Shown here: positions 30,181 through 39,690 of the stretch, one piece after another
How positions within the stretch are numbered: position 1 is the first letter of the stretch
Layout of the letters: each line of letters begins with the position of its first letter
Virus record (IMG/VR): IMGVR_UViG_3300005518_000003
Location: 14,564-78,563 of that record
Origin: a virus
DNA length: 64,000 nt
Strand: one strand, 5' to 3'
Translations under genes and position numbers: made by a program
Notes under the pieces: generated by a model
Databases searched by the model: none
Seen by the model: the letters and a program-made list of their open reading frames with translations, nothing else
What the model was told of the DNA's origin: nothing

Positions 30181-30381
30181 CTAAGCAGCCTGCGCTTTTA
30201 CTTTCGAACGTTCGAGCGCTTCATCAACAACTCGTCGAAGCCAGGCGGAAGGATTCTCGAACCCGTTCTGACGTGCAGCATCTTCGATGCGCTTCTTGTT
30301 ACGCCGTGTCGTGCGAAAGAAGATCTGCACGTCCTTCGTCTGTTTCGTGGCCATGATTTTGTCTAGCATTGTCTTGACCAC
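30181..30381 (-). CDS. Ribbon-helix-helix-like regulator
   Basis: VQIFFRT strand plus two helices (IEDAARQNG..NPSAWLRRVV); first gene of the leftward operon. Confidence 0.6.
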   Translation of the reverse strand: MVKTMLDKIMATKQTKDVQIFFRTTRRNKKRIEDAARQNGFENPSAWLRRVVDEALERSKVKAQAA

Positions 30382-30403
30382 TTTCGCAAGCGCGAGTTAG
30401 GTT
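30374..30403 (+). promoter_or_regulatory. Candidate sigma70-type promoter of the rightward operon
   Basis: TTGACC-N18-TAGGTT at the divergence point. Confidence 0.4.
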
Positions 30404-30430
30404 GGATCCTCCTGGCTCGTTCAGCGGGAA

Positions 30431-30508
30431 TCAAATTCCAATCCCCGGCTCCGGTGCCCGATCGCCTTCGGGCGCTCTCGACAAGGCACCGACCGGGCAC
30501 GGAATTGA
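30431..30508 (+). promoter_or_regulatory. Long leader hairpin with cUUCGg loop
   Basis: AATTCC/GGAATT, CCCGG/CCGGG, CGGTGCC/GGCACCG, CGCC-TTCG-GGCG. Confidence 0.55.
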
Positions 30509-30520
30509 AAAGGGATAAAA

Positions 30521-30958
30521 GTGGACGCTTCGGTGTTGGGCGCAGAGACGCAGCTCATGTACGTGAAGTTTGCCGCCAAGGAGGGCAACTGGCGTTCGCT
30601 AAATCGTCGTGGCTTCGAGCCGACCGAAACAATGCGACGTCTCTTCATCTCGATGCGTGCAAAGTACCTCGAATGGAAGAAACGTCGTGACCTCGAAGAT
30701 GCGATCGAAGAAGCACAACCAAAGTTCTGGTTCGAGCTTGAGCCCGGTCATTGGGTTCGCGCGTCGAGTGAAGAAAAAGCTCGCGCGTTCGCCGAGTCCG
30801 TGAAGCCGATCGAAGTCATCGAAGCCGAGGAACGCGAACGAAAATATCCAGAAATCGATACGAGTCACACCTGCGATCACTGCGGGTGTAGGACGCTTGG
30901 GCCAGGAATTGAAAAGTGTTCGGCGTGCTGGGCGATCAACAGAAAGTGGACGCAGTAA
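30521..30958 (+). CDS. Hypothetical protein with C-terminal Zn ribbon
   Basis: CDHCGC...CSAC. Confidence 0.55.
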   Translation: MDASVLGAETQLMYVKFAAKEGNWRSLNRRGFEPTETMRRLFISMRAKYLEWKKRRDLEDAIEEAQPKFWFELEPGHWVRASSEEKARAFAESVKPIEVIEAEERERKYPEIDTSHTCDHCGCRTLGPGIEKCSACWAINRKWTQ

Positions 30959-32584
30959 ATGGCAGCACCTCTCCTGAGACCTTACCAGGACTTCGCCCTC
31001 GTCAACGGTCGCGTCCACATTCTCGCCGGACGAAAGCGCATCATTCTTTGCGCGTGCACGGGCGGCGGAAAGACCGTTATCGCCTCCGCGATCATCCACT
31101 CCGCGCGTAAGAACTTCAACGCGAAGATTCTCTTTGTCGCGCATCGCCTGGAGCTGATCGATCAAGCGGTCGCGCAGCTCGAACGTTGGGGTATCACCGA
31201 GGTCGGCGTCATCCGCGCCGACGATAAACGAACCGCTCCGCTCATGCCCGTGCAAGTAGCGTCGATCCAGACGCTTGCGCGCCGCGAGCTTCCTTGGATC
31301 CCCGACATCATCTTCATCGATGAATGCCATCGCTCGGCAGCGGAGAGCTACCAGAAGCACATCTTTGAGAAGTTCCCGGACTCAATCATTTTCGGCCTCA
31401 CGGCGACGCCATGTCGTGCAGATGGAAAACCGCTTGGCAAAATCGTCGGAGGTCCATTCGACGCGCTCGAGATCGCAGCATCGTACTCGCACTGCATCAC
31501 GGACGGTTTTATCTCGGAGCCGCGTTGCTTCTCGTGTCCTCCAATGCAAGCGCCTGATCTTTCGAAGGTGCATACCGTGGGTGGCGATTTCGACATCGGC
31601 GAGCTCGAAGAGATTATGGTCGGTGAAGCGCTCGTCGCCGGCATCTACGATCGGTGGGCCGAGCTTCACGACGGACGAAAGACCGTCATCTTCGCGACCG
31701 GCGTCCAGCACTCGCAGTCGATCGTAAAGAAGTTCCACGAGAAAGGCGTAAAGGCCGCGCATCTAGACGGCAACACGCCCGAAGGACTTCGTCGAGAAAT
31801 TCTGGCGATGCTCGAAGACGGTAGGCTCGACGTCGTCTCGAACTGCCAGATTCTCACGGAGGGTTGGGACCAACCGAGCGTGAAATGCATCATCCTCGCG
31901 CGCCCGACGAAGTCACTCGTCCTCTACATGCAGATGTGCGGTCGTCCGCTTCGTCCGTGCTGCGAATGCGGACACCCACCCGAAACACATCCGGAAAAAG
32001 GGCCGTGCACGATTTGTACGAGTTTGCTCTGTCATCCAGGTTTTCGTCCGATCACGCCCCTCATTCTCGATCACGCCGGTAACTACGATCGCCATCGCGC
32101 TCCCCACATCGATCGTGAATGGTCGCTCGACACGCCCCCGAAGCATCCGAAGGAGAGCAAGTTCAAAACGTGCCCAGAGTGCTTCGCATACATCCCATCG
32201 AACGCGCGCGAGTGTCCACACTGCAAGCATTCGTTCGTCGTCGTGCAGCCGTTCACCCCACCGAGAGAGCACAATGTTCCGCTCGTCGAGCGAAAGCCGG
32301 TGAGTGAGAAGCGAGAATTTTTCGAGAAGAAGCTCCGCGAGGCACGCGCGAACGGATACAAGCCCGGCTACGTGTCGGCGAAGTACAAGGACGAGTACGG
32401 CGCGTGGCCTCCGTGGTCGTGGAGCGAAGAAGTATCGCTGATCTTCGATCAAGACCCCACCTGGCAATCTCGCCTCGCCCGCAAAGAAGAGTGGCGCGCG
32501 AAAAGGCGCGCCGAAGAGGGTCAGACGACCGACGACCGACTCGTTCAAATGGCTGAGGCCGCGATGAAGGAATGGGACACGTGA
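30959..32584 (+). CDS. Superfamily 2 DExH helicase with Zn fingers
   Basis: LRPYQ, TGGGKT, DECH, TAT, LTEGWD, QMCGR; C-terminal CPEC...CPHC. Confidence 0.92.
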   Translation: MAAPLLRPYQDFALVNGRVHILAGRKRIILCACTGGGKTVIASAIIHSARKNFNAKILFVAHRLELIDQAVAQLERWGITEVGVIRADDKRTAPLMPVQVASIQTLARRELPWIPDIIFIDECHRSAAESYQKHIFEKFPDSIIFGLTATPCRADGKPLGKIVGGPFDALEIAASYSHCITDGFISEPRCFSCPPMQAPDLSKVHTVGGDFDIGELEEIMVGEALVAGIYDRWAELHDGRKTVIFATGVQHSQSIVKKFHEKGVKAAHLDGNTPEGLRREILAMLEDGRLDVVSNCQILTEGWDQPSVKCIILARPTKSLVLYMQMCGRPLRPCCECGHPPETHPEKGPCTICTSLLCHPGFRPITPLILDHAGNYDRHRAPHIDREWSLDTPPKHPKESKFKTCPECFAYIPSNARECPHCKHSFVVVQPFTPPREHNVPLVERKPVSEKREFFEKKLREARANGYKPGYVSAKYKDEYGAWPPWSWSEEVSLIFDQDPTWQSRLARKEEWRAKRRAEEGQTTDDRLVQMAEAAMKEWDT

Positions 32585-32859
32585 CGCCTGTTCAAATCAA
32601 AAACCTGCGGAAGTCTTTTGATCTCGAACGAGCTTCGTTCGCAGCTCTCCTCGGCTGTAACGAACGCACGCTCACTCGTTGGGAAGATGGTTCCAACTCT
32701 CCCCAAGGACTTCACCGAACCCTTTTGAGTTGGCTCATTCGAGTCGAACGCGAAACTCCAGCCATCGACATGAAGCTCTGGGGAAAGAAATGCTGGGACC
32801 TCATGTTCGACAAAGGCCATTTGATCGCCCTTCGAGAACTTCTCCGAGGTCCCCAGTGA
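32581..32859 (+). CDS. XRE-family HTH regulator
   Basis: IKNLRKSFDL...FAALLGCNERTLTRWEDG. Confidence 0.8.
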   Translation: MTPVQIKNLRKSFDLERASFAALLGCNERTLTRWEDGSNSPQGLHRTLLSWLIRVERETPAIDMKLWGKKCWDLMFDKGHLIALRELLRGPQ

Positions 32860-33260
32860 CCTGGCGCGATCACCTCTACGAGCTGAAGAAAGCCACGGAG
32901 ACGGAGCTGCGTCCGTACTTCGTCGCGTGGTGTACCGAAACGATCACCGACGCGCGCTTCCTCATTCGGAACGTCGGCAATGTCGAGACCGAGGGGAGGC
33001 ACTTCAAGGCCGGCGTCCGTGGACAAAGTGATGTTTACGGCTGGCTCTTTCGCGATCCGTATCCAATGGAATTCGAGATCGAGCTCAAGAACGTCAAAAC
33101 CAAACAAAGCGATGAGCAGAAGGCGTGGGCGGCGTTCTGCACGAAGTTCAAAATCCCGTACATCCTGCTTCGCGCGAACGAAGGTGAAACGCCGTACCGC
33201 ATCGTTGAACAGTGGGCGAGGGAAACATGGGAATGGATGAAGGAGCTGCGAAAACGATGA
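32856..33260 (+). CDS. VRR-NUC-like PD-(D/E)XK nuclease
   Basis: GVRGQSD...EIELK...QSDEQKAW. Confidence 0.75.
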   Translation: MTWRDHLYELKKATETELRPYFVAWCTETITDARFLIRNVGNVETEGRHFKAGVRGQSDVYGWLFRDPYPMEFEIELKNVKTKQSDEQKAWAAFCTKFKIPYILLRANEGETPYRIVEQWARETWEWMKELRKR

Positions 33261-33736
33261 AAGAAGTCTGGAAACAAATAGCTAAGCACCCTCGATACAT
33301 GGTGAGCAACCTTGGGAGAATTCGGTCTCGCACTAAGATTCGGAAGTTGGTCCCGAATAATCGTCGAGGCGGGTACCTAGGATGCAGCGTCGTCAAGAAT
33401 GGGAAACATTTCCTTCTTCTCGTTCATGTTCTTGTTGCTGAAAATTTTGTTGGTCCACGCCCGTTCGCCAGAGCCGAAGTGAGGCACCTGGATGGAGATG
33501 TAACAAACAATCGGTTCGACAATCTAAGGTGGGGAGATCGCGATGATCAATTCGCTGATCAAGTTCGTCATGGCACTGACACTCGCGGACCACGAAACGG
33601 AAACGCCAGACTGACGCAGCGTGAAGCCGACACGATTCGATCCAGCTTTCGGTCTGGAAAAATTCTCTCTGAGACCTACGGCGTGTCGCAATCAACGATC
33701 AGTAGGATTCGGGGAGGGCAGAGGTACGCGTCATGA
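33257..33736 (+). CDS. NUMOD4-HNH homing endonuclease
   Basis: EVWKQI...YMVSNLGRIRS, VHVLVAENF, VRHLDGD..NN..NLRW. Confidence 0.9.
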   Translation: MKEVWKQIAKHPRYMVSNLGRIRSRTKIRKLVPNNRRGGYLGCSVVKNGKHFLLLVHVLVAENFVGPRPFARAEVRHLDGDVTNNRFDNLRWGDRDDQFADQVRHGTDTRGPRNGNARLTQREADTIRSSFRSGKILSETYGVSQSTISRIRGGQRYAS

Positions 33737-34566
33737 GTGCACGACCGTTTGTTAAGTGGGCTGGGGGGAAAACGAAACTTCTTCCGGAGCTGCTCAAACA
33801 TGTGCCCGAGAAGATCGATACGTATGTCGAACCGTTCGTGGGTGGGGGAGCATTGTTCTTCGAGCTGGCGAACCAACGTCGGTTCAGGAAGGCGATCATC
33901 TGCGACATGAACGCGGAGCTGATCAACGCGTTCGTCGTCGTCTGGCGATCGTTTCCCGCGCTCGTCATCCAGCTCGAACGGCACAAAGAGAAACACTCCG
34001 AAGAATATTTCTATGAGGTGCGAGCCCTCGATACGAGCGCTCTCTCGGACGTCGCGCGCGCCGCTCGATTCATCTACTTGAACAAGACGTGCTTCAACGG
34101 CCTCTACCGTGTGAACAAGGCCGGGAAGTTCAACGTGCCGTTCGGTAAGTACAAAAACCCAACCGTCTGCGATCTCGAAAATCTTCGCGAGGTCTCGAAG
34201 CTTCTTCGCGAGGTCGAAATCGAATTCGTCGTCGCCGATTACGGCAGGCTTCTTGAAAACCTCGATGTTTTCGGGAAGGGCGGATTCCACTTCGTTTACT
34301 GCGATCCGCCATACGACACCATCTCCAAAAACGCCGACTTCACGAGCTACACCGAGGGCGGTTTCGGCTGGAAAGAACAAGAACGGCTCGAAGCAATCGC
34401 TCGTGCGATTCCTGCCGGACGAACAAAAATCGTTCTCAGCAATGCCGACACGCCCCGCGTCCGAAAACTCTACGAGAAGTGGACGCTTCACGAGGTGAGG
34501 GCGGAGCGATCCATCAATTCGAACCCTGACAAGCGCGGCAAGGTCGGGGAGCTCGTCATCACGTGA
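33733..34566 (+). CDS. dam: Dam-family DNA adenine methyltransferase
   Basis: KWAGGK, YVEPFVGGGA, NKTCFNGLYRVN, DPPY. Confidence 0.9.
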   Translation: MSARPFVKWAGGKTKLLPELLKHVPEKIDTYVEPFVGGGALFFELANQRRFRKAIICDMNAELINAFVVVWRSFPALVIQLERHKEKHSEEYFYEVRALDTSALSDVARAARFIYLNKTCFNGLYRVNKAGKFNVPFGKYKNPTVCDLENLREVSKLLREVEIEFVVADYGRLLENLDVFGKGGFHFVYCDPPYDTISKNADFTSYTEGGFGWKEQERLEAIARAIPAGRTKIVLSNADTPRVRKLYEKWTLHEVRAERSINSNPDKRGKVGELVIT

Positions 34567-35219
34567 ACGAGCACGAAGAGAAGGTACGTCGCTTGATCGC
34601 GCTCGCTCTCAACGCGGGCGCCACGGACGGCGAATCGAGGAATGCTGCCATTCAAGCGCTGCGTCTCATCGAGAAGCACGGACTCATCGGAAATAGTTCT
34701 GGTCCGCAGGCTCCCACGGGTCGAGATGACACCGCATACAACCACATCGTCATCGCGAACCTTCAGGAGCGCATCCGCCTCCTCGAGTCGATGGTGCGCG
34801 GCGCGCGCATGAACGACGCACTTTTGCAAGGTCAGATCCGACGCCTCAACGAGGATCTTGCGAGGGCGCACAACGAAATCGCTGGCCTCAAACACGAGGT
34901 CATGGAGGAGAAAGACAAAAAGCGCGATGCCGAGGATCGTGCTCGACGCTTCCGTGATCATCGCTTTCCAACAACGGTGACTGAGCCTGTATGGAGACCC
35001 GGTCCGCATCCCATGAGCCAACCTGGTCGAGGGACGGTGCGGGACCCCGAACCATCAAACGGATCAAAGCCACGTCGCAAAATCATCCGTTCCCAGTATT
35101 CAGGGACGTGCAGCCGGTGTAAGGAACCGTTCGAAGTGGGCGATCGGATCGCCTGGCGAAAGGGCGCCGGGGCTCTGCATCTGCTCTGTTACGAGCGCGA
35201 GCTCCAGGAGCCTGCATGA
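34563..35219 (+). CDS. DUF2786-like N-terminal domain, coiled coil and Zn ribbon
   Basis: KVRRLIALA....TDGESRNAA..A.RLIEKHGL. Confidence 0.6.
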   Translation: MNEHEEKVRRLIALALNAGATDGESRNAAIQALRLIEKHGLIGNSSGPQAPTGRDDTAYNHIVIANLQERIRLLESMVRGARMNDALLQGQIRRLNEDLARAHNEIAGLKHEVMEEKDKKRDAEDRARRFRDHRFPTTVTEPVWRPGPHPMSQPGRGTVRDPEPSNGSKPRRKIIRSQYSGTCSRCKEPFEVGDRIAWRKGAGALHLLCYERELQEPA

Positions 35220-37531
35220 TGCACGCCCCCGCATCGACCATCCGATTCGACTTCAGCACTGATCCGGACATTCGCGTGCTCGACGCCGCGATCGAATACT
35301 TCCGCGCGGGCGCTGTTCCGGTCTTCTTGCATGGCATCGAGGGCGGCAAGTGTACGTGCGGTAAGTCGCACGACCAGAAGACGAACGGAAAACACCCAAT
35401 CCTTCGCAATTGGCAAAGCTCGATCCCAAAGGACGAGAACGCCATCCACGATCAATTTCAGTCGATCAAGGTCGCCGCTCCGAACGTCGGTCTCGTACTC
35501 GGTGCGCAGCAAACCGGCGACTACCTCATCGCGATCGACAAGGACAGCGAAGAGCGGTTCGACGAGCTTACGGGCGAATTCGGAGCGCTTCCGAAAACAC
35601 CACGCTGCGATTCAGGCCGCGGACACCGTCTCTTCTATCGCCTGCCCGCGGGCATCCCTACGGATCGCCTAAAGAACGTCACCGGTATCGGGGGTCAACC
35701 CGGCGTCGATGCGAAGGTAAAAGGCGGACAAGTCGTCGTCGCACCGTCGAAGCATTTTCTTGGCGGCGTTTACTCATGGGTCGCCGACACCATGGGCGCG
35801 CTCGCCGAGCTACCCATGACGTGGGTCGATGCGCTCATCGCCGAACCACTGCCGCCGCCATTCGCGCGCGAGTACACGCCGGAGACAATTCGCGCCGACG
35901 ATCGTGCAAAACGAAAGCTCGAACGGTACCTCGAACGTGCTGTCATCGAAGAGTGCTCGCGTCTTTCGCGCATGCCCGAAGGACTTCGGAACACGTATCT
36001 CCATCGCAAAGCGATCTCGCTCCTCTCGCTCGTCAACGGATGCTTCATTCCTGCACGTTGGGGCTACGTTCTCTCCGAGCTCGATAGAGCTGCGCGTGCG
36101 GCTGGTCTCTCTGGATCGGAAGTTCGAAAGACGCTGACCTCTGCCGAAAACTTCGTCACGCGCGAAGGTGCGACGCGCGGTCCGCGTCCTGTTGTCGATC
36201 CGCCAACGTCGTCGCCTCCGTCCGGAGGTGAACCACCAACGAATGGCGCTGCGCCCTCTGCGCAGCCTGCGCCCGAGGGAGAACCGTCGCCGCAGCGCTA
36301 TCCGCTCATCGTTCTTGTTCAAGATCGAGGACAGAACGCAGCGATCGCAGAGAACGTCGCGCGCGTCCTGTCCCATCATCCGGAATGGAATGGAGGTCCG
36401 CGTCGAGACATGCTCGGGCAAACCGTACGCTGGTCAAATCCTCTTCCTTCCCCGATCGCAGACATCCCGCGATCACGTTCAGCGATTGCGGACGAAGATC
36501 GAGCAGTGGTCCAAGCGTGGGCGTTAGGGAACTTTCAGGTTCGAGCCGGCCTCGATGTCGTTCGAGAAGGAATTGATCTCGCTGCGCGCCGTCACTCGTA
36601 CGACAGTCTTATGGAGTACGTCGAAAGGCTCCCTCAGCACGACGGTGCACCTCGCCTCGACTTTTGGCTTACGACTTACTTTGGAGCTGCCGATGCGAGG
36701 GTTATTCGTCGCATCGGCCGCGCTTGGCTCACGAGTGCGATGGCTCGTGCGCTCTACCCTGGGTGCGTGGCCGATGGAATGCTCATTCTCGAAGGCCAAG
36801 AGGGAACGGGAAAAAACTGGGGCATCGAAGAGCTTTTTGGAAATGAGTGGGTAAGCCAACTCGGAAGATACAAAATTGGTGAGGATTCTGAAGCGGATCG
36901 TCTTGCCGGAATGTGGTGGGTTCTTCACGACGACGAGCTTCGCTTTCGGAAAATGCAGAAGGACGCGATGTTCTCGTGGATCACACGAAAGACCGACACC
37001 TTTCGTCTCCAGCACAAGAAGGAAATTCTAACGGTGCCGCGTCGAGCGGTGGTCGTCGGATCGAAGAATCCTCCGTACCAATACCTCGACGACGGAGAAA
37101 ATCGTCGCTTCTGGCCCGTGCGTACCGGAAGGATCGACATCGCAGCGATCAAACGAGATCGCGAACAACTTCTGGCCGAAGCACTGCTTCTCGCTCGAAG
37201 ACAGGATCCAAGCGAATGGATCATTGAAAAGGACGATCCCATTTGGGAAGACCTCGCCGAAGAGCGCGCCGAACGCATCATCAACGACCCGTTGGTGATG
37301 GACGTCATGCAGGTCCTTCCTCACGACGCAGAGATCGTCACCACGCGATGGATCCTGAACGAGCTCGGCGTTCCGCCCGAGCGGCGAAAGCAGATGGACC
37401 AAGCGGTTGCGACCGCGCTCGAGCGACTTGGCTACACGAGTCAACGTGCACCTCGGACCGTTCCGGGTCGTCCCCGGATCCATGTCCGGTCCGGGGTGGT
37501 CCTAGGTGGAAAAATGAAAGTTTATTCGTGA
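35216..37531 (+). CDS. Bifunctional primase-polymerase fused to VirE/VapE-type helicase
   Basis: CTCG...GKHP, NVGL, IDKD, GRGHRLFY, VVVAPS.H; C-terminal LEGQEGTGKN, DDE, ENRRFWPV. Confidence 0.88.
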   Translation: MMHAPASTIRFDFSTDPDIRVLDAAIEYFRAGAVPVFLHGIEGGKCTCGKSHDQKTNGKHPILRNWQSSIPKDENAIHDQFQSIKVAAPNVGLVLGAQQTGDYLIAIDKDSEERFDELTGEFGALPKTPRCDSGRGHRLFYRLPAGIPTDRLKNVTGIGGQPGVDAKVKGGQVVVAPSKHFLGGVYSWVADTMGALAELPMTWVDALIAEPLPPPFAREYTPETIRADDRAKRKLERYLERAVIEECSRLSRMPEGLRNTYLHRKAISLLSLVNGCFIPARWGYVLSELDRAARAAGLSGSEVRKTLTSAENFVTREGATRGPRPVVDPPTSSPPSGGEPPTNGAAPSAQPAPEGEPSPQRYPLIVLVQDRGQNAAIAENVARVLSHHPEWNGGPRRDMLGQTVRWSNPLPSPIADIPRSRSAIADEDRAVVQAWALGNFQVRAGLDVVREGIDLAARRHSYDSLMEYVERLPQHDGAPRLDFWLTTYFGAADARVIRRIGRAWLTSAMARALYPGCVADGMLILEGQEGTGKNWGIEELFGNEWVSQLGRYKIGEDSEADRLAGMWWVLHDDELRFRKMQKDAMFSWITRKTDTFRLQHKKEILTVPRRAVVVGSKNPPYQYLDDGENRRFWPVRTGRIDIAAIKRDREQLLAEALLLARRQDPSEWIIEKDDPIWEDLAEERAERIINDPLVMDVMQVLPHDAEIVTTRWILNELGVPPERRKQMDQAVATALERLGYTSQRAPRTVPGRPRIHVRSGVVLGGKMKVYS

Positions 37532-37755
37532 TTTCACATATTTATCTTGCCGGTCCGGGGTACCTTGGATCCAAGCGGTCCAACTTTTCCCTACGCGCGC
37601 ACACGCGCTCGCGCGCGCCCGCGGGCACGGGTGGGCTACAGTTTTCTTATTCTTCTTCTATTCTTCAAAAAACCTTGGACCACCTTGGACCATGGCCACA
37701 TCATTGAAAAAAAACCTTGGCCCACCCCTTGGACCATCTTGGACCACCACGGTAC
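37480..37755. repeat. Candidate replication origin with iteron-like repeats
   Basis: GGTCC copies on the left, CTTGGACCA x4 on the right, separated by a GC block and a T-rich tract; follows the primase gene. Confidence 0.6.
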
Positions 37756-37759
37756 CAAA

Positions 37760-38269
37760 GTGAAAATTCGAGCGAAATTCATTCCCTGGCTGCTTCATCA
37801 GGTCGAGCGACGGGATCCCGTGGGCGACCTCGCAAAAGACGTCATGCAAGACATGGCGGATTACGATGCCGGCACTGAGCTCGATGGCGACAGACCCGAC
37901 TTGGGCTGGTCGTGGAAGAATTTGTACAGACATATCCACGCCTTCGCAGCATTCGACGTGAAGCTCGCGATCATCGAGGCAGCGAAACTCTGGCGGTCCA
38001 ATCCTTTTCTCGAATTCCGAGATCCACCGACATGCGCGGGCGTGTACTGCGTGAGCTACGGAAGTTTGCCTCAGCTCGTGAAGATCGGACGAGCGAACAA
38101 CATCGCGAAACGATTGAGGGGTTTGGGAACTGGAGCACCGGGTGGAGTCGTACTTCGCGCCGTTCTTAGTCTCGATCCCGACGACGAGAAGGTCTTTCAT
38201 GAAAAATTTGCACGTCATCACTTCGACGGTGAGTGGTTTCGCGCCGATCTCCTCAAAGAAGTCGAATGA
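37760..38269 (+). CDS. YozE-like domain fused to GIY-YIG (T5orf172/MUG113-like) domain
   Basis: F..WL....R.DPVGDLAKD; GVY....VKIGRA....RL..L...EK.FH..F......GEWF. Confidence 0.7.
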   Translation: MKIRAKFIPWLLHQVERRDPVGDLAKDVMQDMADYDAGTELDGDRPDLGWSWKNLYRHIHAFAAFDVKLAIIEAAKLWRSNPFLEFRDPPTCAGVYCVSYGSLPQLVKIGRANNIAKRLRGLGTGAPGGVVLRAVLSLDPDDEKVFHEKFARHHFDGEWFRADLLKEVE

Positions 38270-38884
38270 TGAACGGCACTTACGTCCCTGGTCGGATCAA
38301 ACCTTCGGAGCGCAGCATTCCGGTCCGAGGAAAACTGCTCGACCGTCTTCGACGTGCGATCGAGCTCCACGGGCGCGCGCGGGTCGCCAAGATACTCGGG
38401 ATCGATCGCGCAAAGCTCGACCGGATCTGGAAGCTTCGCGTCGTTTACCGGTCGACACACGAGCTTCTCTTGCGAAAGTTGCCGCCCTGAACGTAAAGTG
38501 TGGGCAGAGCCAAACTCGCAAGGGTCCCTTTCGCCGCTTCGACGGCGTCCAATGCCCCGCGGGGCAGTGCTCTGAAACGGTTGGTTTCGCGCCCGCACGC
38601 GCCAAGCCCACCGTTTCTCTTTCCCTAGCTCACGTGGCAGAGTAAGCTCCGCTCAAAGGGATCCCATGGGAAAGAAAGACGAGACGCAAGAGAAGCCGCA
38701 GCGAACGCACACCAAGTTCATCCAGCTCTTGGGCGATGCAGAAGCGATTTACGCCCTCGATGCTGAGGGTCGCGTGTTCATCTACGTCGACGACGACTCC
38801 ACCGACGAACACGGTTGGTATCAGCTCGAATACGACGACGTTCGAGTGATCGCACAAACGCCGGACGCCGACGAAGATTGAGTC

Positions 38885-39223
38885 ATGGTGGTCCTCGTGT
38901 GCGGAGGTCGCGACTACAAGGATCGCAACCTCGTCTTCCGGGTGCTCGACTCGTTTTTGTTCGACGAGCTTGTCCACGGCGCATGTCCAACCGGCGCTGA
39001 CTTCTTTGCGGATATGTGGGCTCGCAACCGCGGACACAAGAAGGTGAAGACGTACCCCGCGGATTGGGACGCTCACGGACGCGCCGCTGGACCGATTCGC
39101 AATGCGTTCATGCTCGACGACGCGAAACCGAACTTCGTGATCGCGTTCCCTGGCGGACCGGGAACAGCCAACATGGTCGCGCTCGCAACTGGGAAGGTTC
39201 CCGTTCTCAAAGTGGACTGGTGA
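38885..39223 (+). CDS. SLOG/YspA-like (DUF2493) protein
   Basis: VLVCGGRDY, HGACPTGAD, ADW..HGRAAGPIRN..M, AFPGGPGTANM. Confidence 0.85.
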   Translation: MVVLVCGGRDYKDRNLVFRVLDSFLFDELVHGACPTGADFFADMWARNRGHKKVKTYPADWDAHGRAAGPIRNAFMLDDAKPNFVIAFPGGPGTANMVALATGKVPVLKVDW

Positions 39224-39536
39224 AGGAGAAAAAAATGGCATCCGAAAGCAATTGGATCTGCGATTGGTGCGGTGTGCGTGTAGAGAATTCGGATCAATTT
39301 CCGAAGAACTGGGCGGTGCTCGATACACATCGCGCTACAGCACGTCGCGGTTACGGACAACACAACGAAATTCAGCTCTTTCCGAAAGAGATGTCCGTCG
39401 AAAAGACCGATGAGCATCCTCGCAACTACGAAGCCGAGTTTTGCGGTGAGTGCTTTCAAGCCATACTCGACGCTCTCAAGAACACGCGAGAAATCCGCAT
39501 CTCGAAGCGCTCGAGAAAATAAGGTAGGCTCGATGC

Positions 39537-39683
39537 ATGAAGCGCAACCCCACCACCTGGACGCGTTCACCGTTCGGTCTCGGTCTCGTCGGTCTCGCAA
39601 TGGTCGGGACGGGTCTCTTCGCCGCTTGGGCGTGGAAGAACATGAGCGAGCGCGAGCGCGAGAAATTCGTCAAGAACCTCTGA
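39537..39683 (+). CDS. 48-aa membrane protein with KRNP leader (absent from the ORF track)
   Basis: MKRNPTTWTRSPFGLGLVGLAMVGTGLFAAWAWKNMSEREREKFVKNL*; fills the gap between neighbouring ORFs. Confidence 0.6.
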   Translation: MKRNPTTWTRSPFGLGLVGLAMVGTGLFAAWAWKNMSEREREKFVKNL

Positions 39684-39690
39684 GGCCCGC

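Noticed and set aside
30400-30510. Possible tRNA
   Set aside because: No cloverleaf or canonical T-loop; it folds as one long hairpin
37665-37755. Possible CRISPR array
   Set aside because: Repeats are about 9 bp with no spacer-sized intervals and no cas operon; the Cas4-like gene fits a recombination module
37547-37759. N-terminal extension of the GIY-YIG ORF
   Set aside because: Reads through the repeat/origin region; GTG at 37760 precedes the first recognisable domain
17380-38269. Interpretation as a host defence island (HerA, PLD, MTase, nucleases)
   Set aside because: The genes are scattered among phage replication ORFs rather than arranged as a known defence operon
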